Positions 17,915 through 22,968 of a stretch of 22,968 nucleotides of DNA are shown one piece after another. Numbering within the stretch: position 1 is the stretch's first letter; each line of letters starts with the position of its first letter. Both the position numbers and the translations under genes were made by a program. Origin of the DNA: Thermoplasmatales archaeon SW_10_69_26 (GTDB lineage Archaea; Thermoplasmatota; SW-10-69-26); contig PXUB01000019.1 in assembly GCA_003009755.1 (NCBI GenBank), forward strand, positions 1 to 22,968, read 5' to 3'. Under the pieces are notes generated by a model. It had not been told where the DNA came from, ran no database searches, and worked only from the letters and a program-made list of their open reading frames with translations.

Positions 17915-17962
17915 GATGTTGGCTGGTTGGGCGTGTCGGGGAGAGGGTCGGCGGCGACGGTG

Positions 17963-17968
17963 TTTAAG
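17963..17968 (+). promoter_or_regulatory. TATA box of serB
   Basis: TTTAAG, the same hexamer as upstream of pyrB, ~25 nt before GTG 17993. Confidence 0.55.
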
Positions 17969-17992
17969 GCCCCTGCCGGCATGGCGGGCACG

Positions 17993-19222
17993 GTGCCCTC
18001 CGACCACCTGCTCTCGCTGCACGCGGTCGCGGACGATCGTCGAGGCCTGTTGGCCGAGATCTCGGGCTTGGTGACCTCTCTCCGTGGCAACATCGTCCAC
18101 GTGGAGCACCGCCAGGTCCGCGGGATGTTGACGTTGCTGATGCTCGTCGAGGACAGCGAGGAGGGCGGCGACGAGCGCCAGCGGTTGGAGCGCATGAGCG
18201 AGGTCCTGGAAACCCGGTTGGATGGGCTGGGCGTGGAGGCCAACACCGAGGTCTCCGAGAGCCAGCCGGATCCGCCGGTGCGGGATCTGCGCGTGATGAC
18301 GATCATCGGGGCCGACAAGGTCGGCGTGATGCACGCCATCACGCGCACCATCGCCGATCACGAGGTCCCGATCATCCAGACCCACCAGGTCGCCTCGGGC
18401 GAGTTCATGGCGTTCGAGATCGTCGTGGACGTCGGCGGGTCCAACGGCCACGGCCCCGTCGACATGGATGCCCTGCAGGAGGACGTCCGGTCGACGTGCG
18501 AGGCGGTCGGCGTCGACGTCGTCGTGCAGCCCCACGGCGTCAACCGGGCCCGGCGCCAGCTGGTGGTCTTCGACATGGATTCGACGTTGATCCAGGGGGA
18601 GGTCATCGACGAGCTGGCGAAGGCGGCCGACGCGGCCGAGGAGGTCGAGCAGCTCACCGAGCGCGCGATGGCTGGCGAGCTCGACTTCGAGGAGGCGTTG
18701 CGCGAGCGCGTCGGCATGCTGGAGGGCCTGACGGAGGACCAGCTCGAGCAGGTGGCCGGGTCGATGGAGCTGACGCCGGGCGCCAGCGACCTGGTGCGCG
18801 TGCTCAAGCAGATGGGGTTCAAGGTCGCCCTCATCAGCGGCGGGTTCACGTTCTTCACGGACCGCTTGCAGGACAAGCTGGGCCTCGACCACGCGTTCGG
18901 CAACGAGCTCGTCATCGAGGACGGCGAGGTCACCGGCGAGGTGCAAGGCGAGATCATCGACAGCGAGCGGAAGGGCAAACTCGTCGAGGAGCTGGCCGAG
19001 CGCGAGGGCGTCCCGCTCGAGCAGGTCGTGGCGATCGGCGACGGCGCCAACGACCAGATCATGCTCGACAACGCGGGCCTGGGCATCGCGTTCAACGCCG
19101 AGGAGATGCTCCGGCAGACCGCCGACGGCCAGATCACGCGCGACAACCTGGCCGGGTTGCTGTACTGCTTGGGCGCCAGCGACCGAGAGATCGACGCTGT
19201 GCGTCAGCCGGACGCGGGCTAG
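17993..19222 (+). CDS. serB: Phosphoserine phosphatase SerB with two N-terminal ACT domains
   Basis: ACT motifs DRRGLLAEIS and GADKVGVM. HAD motifs VFDMDSTLIQGEVIDELA, ISGGF, K and GDGAND. True start GTG 17993 or ATG 17981, not 17690. Confidence 0.95.
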   Translation: MPSDHLLSLHAVADDRRGLLAEISGLVTSLRGNIVHVEHRQVRGMLTLLMLVEDSEEGGDERQRLERMSEVLETRLDGLGVEANTEVSESQPDPPVRDLRVMTIIGADKVGVMHAITRTIADHEVPIIQTHQVASGEFMAFEIVVDVGGSNGHGPVDMDALQEDVRSTCEAVGVDVVVQPHGVNRARRQLVVFDMDSTLIQGEVIDELAKAADAAEEVEQLTERAMAGELDFEEALRERVGMLEGLTEDQLEQVAGSMELTPGASDLVRVLKQMGFKVALISGGFTFFTDRLQDKLGLDHAFGNELVIEDGEVTGEVQGEIIDSERKGKLVEELAEREGVPLEQVVAIGDGANDQIMLDNAGLGIAFNAEEMLRQTADGQITRDNLAGLLYCLGASDREIDAVRQPDAG

Positions 19223-19291
19223 ACGGCTGACGTCCCGCAGGCCTGGTCGGCGGCCCTCCGGGCGGCGTCGGCCAGCTGGCTCGTCTCGTAC

Positions 19292-19486
19292 GTGGAGCCG
19301 TCGATGCCGACGCCGGACGGGAGCCGGTTGGCCGGCACGATGGGTGTTGCCGTCGACGACCAGAACCGAGGGCAGTTGTTCGAGAAGGTTTAAGACCTCG
19401 TGGCTGCCTGCGGCGCTCGGAGGCGGGAGGCCCTGCGAACGCAGTCCACGCTCGTCGTCGTGCTCGTTGCCGTGACCACCATCACC
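19292..19486 (+). repeat. Copy 1 of a ~195-bp duplicated upstream+promoter+SD+signal-peptide module
   Basis: Aligns by eye with 21300-21493. Shared blocks include GACGCCGGACGGGAGCCGGTT, GGGCAGTTGTT..AAGGTT, GGAGGCGGGAGGCC and TGCGAACGCAGTC.ACGCTCGTCGT.GTGCT.GTTGCCGTGA.CACCA. Confidence 0.85.
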
Positions 19487-21091
19487 ATGGGAATGGCCCC
19501 GCTGGGCGCCAGCCAGGGCACCGAAAAGACCCAACAAGAACCGGCAACCCCTGCACTCGCTCCCACCGAGGACCGCAGAGAACGCAACCATCGCCTGCCG
19601 CTGGACGCAGACCGCCCACACGACGGCGTGGACCGCCCCGACCGCTTGGACGACGAGGCTCCCGTGCCGCGGCCGAACCCCAACCAGCGACAGGCCCAGC
19701 CTGCGCAGGGGCTAGCACCCGACGACCCCGGCTGCCTCCCGCACCCACCGATCCGGATCGTCGACGACGCGATGTTTCAGCTCGGCCCCGCCGTCGGCGT
19801 CACCAACCCCACGGCCGCCGGCACCGCCGAGGACCCCTACGTGATCGAGGGCTGGTGCATCACACCCCAAGCTCCCGAGATCGTGGAGCAAGCGCCCTTC
19901 GGCCCCGTCGAGAGTGCCGGCATCGCGATCGACCACACCGAGGCCCACGTCGTCATTCGCGACAACCGCATCGACGGGAACGCGGTCGACAATCCACGAG
20001 TGGTTACCCAACAGCAAGTCGGCATCGACCTGGTCGACGCCGCCAACGTCGCGATCGCGAACAACACGATCACGAACAACGACGACGGCGTCGTCCTCGA
20101 CGAGTCGAGCGGGACCACCATCGCGAACAACACGATCACGAACAACAACGACTGGGGCGTCTACTCCTACAGGTCGAGCGGGACCACCATCACCAACAAC
20201 ACGATCACGAACAACGACTTCGACGGCGTCTTCCTCGACGAGTCGAGCGGGGCCACCATCGCGAACAACACGATCACGAACAACGACTGGGGCGTCGACC
20301 TCTACAGGTCGAGCGGGACCACCATCACCAACAACACGATCACGAACAACAACGACGACGGCGTCGACCTCGGCGCGTCGAGCGGGGTCGCGATGCGGGA
20401 CAACGAGTTCGGAAGCAACGGGGTCCGGATTGGCGGCTATGAGGCGAACCACTACCAGCACTCGATCCAACCCTCGAACACGGTGAACGGGGAACCGCTC
20501 GTGTACGTCCGCAACCAAGAAGACGTGCACGTCGAGCAACCGGCCGGCCAGGTAATCCTCGCCAACACCACCAACGCCACCGTCGAGAACGTCGACGTTT
20601 CCGACACCAGCACGGGACTCCAGCTCGGCTTCACCGACAACACCACGATCGCGAACAACACGGTCACGAACAACAACTTCGACGGCGTCCTCCTCTACGA
20701 GTCGAGCGGGGCCACCATCGCGAACAACACGATCACGATCAACGACGACGGTGTCCTTCTCTACAGGTCGAGCGGGACCACCATCGCGACCAACACGATC
20801 ACGAACAACAACGACGACGGCGTCGACCTCTACGACTCGAGCGGGGTGGAGGTCCACCAGAACAACATCCACGACAACGACGACTTCGGCCTCGAGGTGT
20901 TCGCCGGCGACACCGTCCACGCCGAGAACAACTGGTGGGGCGCCGCCAACGGCCCATCTGGCGGCGAGACCGATGCCTGCACCGATGCCAACGCCGACGG
21001 CGACGGCGACGCGATCACCACCGACGACGCCGAGGTGTGCTTCGACCCGTGGCGAACCAGCCCGAACCCCGACGCGGGCGCAGGCGGCTAA
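19433..21091 (+). CDS. Secreted right-handed parallel beta-helix (NosD/PbH1-like) repeat protein
   Basis: Signal-like N-terminus, HPPIRI...GTAEDPYVIEGW cap, repeated IANNTITNNxxGVxLxxSSGTT units, NTVNGEPLVY...GQVILAN insert, and AENNWWG...FDPW end. The start position matching the other module copy is CTG 19433; the track start is GTG 19400. Confidence 0.88.
   Translation: MRTQSTLVVVLVAVTTITMGMAPLGASQGTEKTQQEPATPALAPTEDRRERNHRLPLDADRPHDGVDRPDRLDDEAPVPRPNPNQRQAQPAQGLAPDDPGCLPHPPIRIVDDAMFQLGPAVGVTNPTAAGTAEDPYVIEGWCITPQAPEIVEQAPFGPVESAGIAIDHTEAHVVIRDNRIDGNAVDNPRVVTQQQVGIDLVDAANVAIANNTITNNDDGVVLDESSGTTIANNTITNNNDWGVYSYRSSGTTITNNTITNNDFDGVFLDESSGATIANNTITNNDWGVDLYRSSGTTITNNTITNNNDDGVDLGASSGVAMRDNEFGSNGVRIGGYEANHYQHSIQPSNTVNGEPLVYVRNQEDVHVEQPAGQVILANTTNATVENVDVSDTSTGLQLGFTDNTTIANNTVTNNNFDGVLLYESSGATIANNTITINDDGVLLYRSSGTTIATNTITNNNDDGVDLYDSSGVEVHQNNIHDNDDFGLEVFAGDTVHAENNWWGAANGPSGGETDACTDANADGDGDAITTDDAEVCFDPWRTSPNPDAGAGG
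20053..20846 (+). repeat. Two blocks (5 + 3 units) of 66-69-bp coding tandem repeats
   Basis: Recurring AACAACACGATCACGAACAAC...GGCGTC...TCGAGCGGG.CCACCATC at ~20053-20388 and ~20641-20846. Confidence 0.85.
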
Positions 21092-21299
21092 CGACGGGCT
21101 CCGCGAAGCTCGCCCGGCCGATCGACGAGGACGAGCCCCACGCCGTTGCCCACGTCGAGCGCCGCGAGGACGGGCACGGGCACGCAGCCAGCAAGCTCGA
21201 GGACGTCTTCGACGCGAAGGGCCTGGCGCTGACCCAGGCGCGCAAGGGCCCCACGCGGTCGATGGACCTATTGAGCGCGGACAGGGGGGAGCGGGGCGG

Positions 21300-21493
21300 G
21301 TGGATCCGTCGATCCCGGACGCCGGACGGGAGCCGGTTCGCGGAGACGGTGGGGTTGCGGTAGACGGTCTCAACCAGGGGCAGTTGTTGGAAAAGGTTAA
21401 CACCCCGCTACTGTCTCCGGCCCTTGGAGGCGGGAGGCCATGCGAACGCAGTCGACGCTCGTCGTTGTGCTAGTTGCCGTGATCACCACCACC
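21300..21493 (+). repeat. Copy 2 of the duplicated promoter+SD+signal-peptide module
   Basis: See 19292-19486. This copy has ATG at 21440. Confidence 0.85.
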
Positions 21494-22968
21494 GGGTTCG
21501 TGCCCGTGGGAGCCTCCGTCACCACCGAGGACCCCCCCGCGGACGCGACCGCCACCGAGGACCCCGTGCAGGCCCACCAAGACCTGGCCAGCACCCTGCA
21601 AGCTGTTGACGGCGAGCTGACCGACCAGGCGATGCTGGAGGCCGCCCACGCCGCGGCCGAGGACCAGCCCACGCCTGGCAGCGATCGCGCACCCAACGAC
21701 GACGCCGCGTTCCAAGCCGCGCGGTTGGCCCTCGAGCACCGGCAAAACCTCGCGGGCGACAAGCTCTCCGACGAGATCGCGCCCCTGCTCGACCAGCAAC
21801 AACGCAACCTCGACCTGGCCGAGACGCTCACCACCGAATCAGACCCGTCCGACGACGACCTAGACACCGCGATCGCAACCGCCCAACGCGCCAGCCAGTG
21901 GCAAGCCACAACGCTGGACCTCGCCACCGCCGACCCCGTCCCGTTGACCGGGTACACCACGCCCAGCCAGGCCCTGCTCGAGCTCGCTGACCGCCATGAT
22001 GCCACGCCGACAAGCCAACAGCTCGACGAGCTGCAAGGCCTGGACGAGCTCGCGGACCCGGTCCGCTCCGCCCTAGCGCGCACCGTCGACGCGTTCCTCG
22101 CGCTCGACAACGCCATCCAGCTCGCGTACGCGGACGCCGATCTCCGAGCCCTCGAGGAGTTGAGCAACGCTGACACGCGGCCAGGCGCAGAGTCCACGGC
22201 GATCCCCGGTAGCCTGGACGCCGACCCGGCCGAGCTCCTCACCCCCGCCGCGTCGGCCGACGTGCCCGCCGCGTCCCCGGCCGGGGAGCGCTTGGCCGAG
22301 GCCGGCGTGGACCTGGCCCCCGTGTTCGACATGCGCACCCAGTTCCTCGACGCCGTCCACGACCTGCGAAACGCCCTCGACGAGGTCGGCATCGCGACGG
22401 CCCAGGCCTGCGAGCCGGTGCAGGTGGGTCCCGCGTTCAGCATCGATCTAGCCGCCTGCGGCAACACCTACACCACCGACGTGGCCTTGCAACTGGATGC
22501 CGGCGGCAGCGATGTGTACCACAACAACGCCGGCGGCAGCAACCTCGCCAACGGCGCGTGCAGCCTCGAGGCGGGCGTGTACGCGTCGGCGGCCCTGGTG
22601 GACCTGGGCACCGGCGACGAGGCCTACGGCCACCCCGATGCCCCTCGGGCCTGCGGGGCCAACGGCGGCGGCTACCGCGGTGTGGGGTTGTTGCTCGACC
22701 AAGCCGGCAACGACACCTACACCGCCAACAGCCGCACCTTCACCGCCGACGGCTTCGGCACGAACGGCGGCGGCTACCTCGGCGTGGGGTTCCTGCACGA
22801 TGCCGCCGGCAACGACACCTACACCGCCACCGGCGATGGCACGAACGGCGGCGGCGACTCCGGTGGTGTGGGGCTCCTGCTCGACGAGGCGGGGCACGAC
22901 ACTTACACCGCCACCGGCGATGGCACGAACGGCGGCGGCGACTCCGGTGGTGTGGGGTTCCTGCTCGA
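21440..22968 (+). CDS. Secreted protein (3'-truncated) with acidic helical region and Gly-rich GxGxLxDxxGxDxY...NGGG repeats; absent from the ORF track
   Basis: Manual translation MRTQSTLVVVLVAVITTTGFVPVGASV... stays open to the window end. GGAGG SD. 28-aa repeats such as GVGFLHDAAGNDTYTATGDGTNGGGDSG. Confidence 0.85.
   Translation, partial: MRTQSTLVVVLVAVITTTGFVPVGASVTTEDPPADATATEDPVQAHQDLASTLQAVDGELTDQAMLEAAHAAAEDQPTPGSDRAPNDDAAFQAARLALEHRQNLAGDKLSDEIAPLLDQQQRNLDLAETLTTESDPSDDDLDTAIATAQRASQWQATTLDLATADPVPLTGYTTPSQALLELADRHDATPTSQQLDELQGLDELADPVRSALARTVDAFLALDNAIQLAYADADLRALEELSNADTRPGAESTAIPGSLDADPAELLTPAASADVPAASPAGERLAEAGVDLAPVFDMRTQFLDAVHDLRNALDEVGIATAQACEPVQVGPAFSIDLAACGNTYTTDVALQLDAGGSDVYHNNAGGSNLANGACSLEAGVYASAALVDLGTGDEAYGHPDAPRACGANGGGYRGVGLLLDQAGNDTYTANSRTFTADGFGTNGGGYLGVGFLHDAAGNDTYTATGDGTNGGGDSGGVGLLLDEAGHDTYTATGDGTNGGGDSGGVGFLL
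22820..22957 (+). repeat. Exact 54-bp direct repeat with 84-bp period
   Basis: TACACCGCCACCGGCGATGGCACGAACGGCGGCGGCGACTCCGGTGGTGTGGGG at 22820-22873 and 22904-22957. Confidence 0.9.

Noticed and set aside
17690-17980. 97-aa N-terminal extension of SerB in the ORF track
   Set aside because: Pro/Gly/Arg-rich non-coding-like sequence upstream of the TATA box, overlapping the antisense H/ACA RNA.
20053-20846. CRISPR array or DGR template/variable repeat (AAC-rich repeats)
   Set aside because: The repeats are in-frame coding units without unique spacers, the differences are not adenine-specific, and no reverse transcriptase or cas gene is present.

Overview
GC-rich archaeal window with very acidic proteins. 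I infer a halophilic Thermoplasmatota-type archaeon from archaeal pyrBI, a class II HMG-CoA reductase, an aIF2-beta-TRAM fusion and TATA boxes about 25 nt upstream of starts. Housekeeping genes: pyrB-pyrI, HMG-CoA reductase, acyl-CoA dehydrogenase, a geranylgeranyl-reductase-family enzyme, etfB-etfA, aIF2-beta and serB. Best non-obvious signals: (1) an unannotated single-hairpin H/ACA guide RNA (17786-17887, minus strand) with its own TATA box, whose pocket matches the 23S rRNA A-loop (Psi2554, E. coli numbering); (2) a more AT-rich four-gene block (13880-16754) encoding a secreted DUF6345/clan-CD-like protein with Ser at the expected Cys position, a free-standing FTP/PepSY-like partner, a lipoprotein and a membrane-anchored wHTH regulator; (3) a 303-bp MITE-like element made of two inverted structured halves (5408-5710); (4) a duplicated promoter+SD+signal-peptide module driving two unrelated secreted repeat proteins, one copy having CTG in place of ATG; (5) several small proteins missed or hidden by the ORF track and an apparent internal deletion in aIF2-beta. 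All family assignments come from motif recognition by eye; no searches were run.
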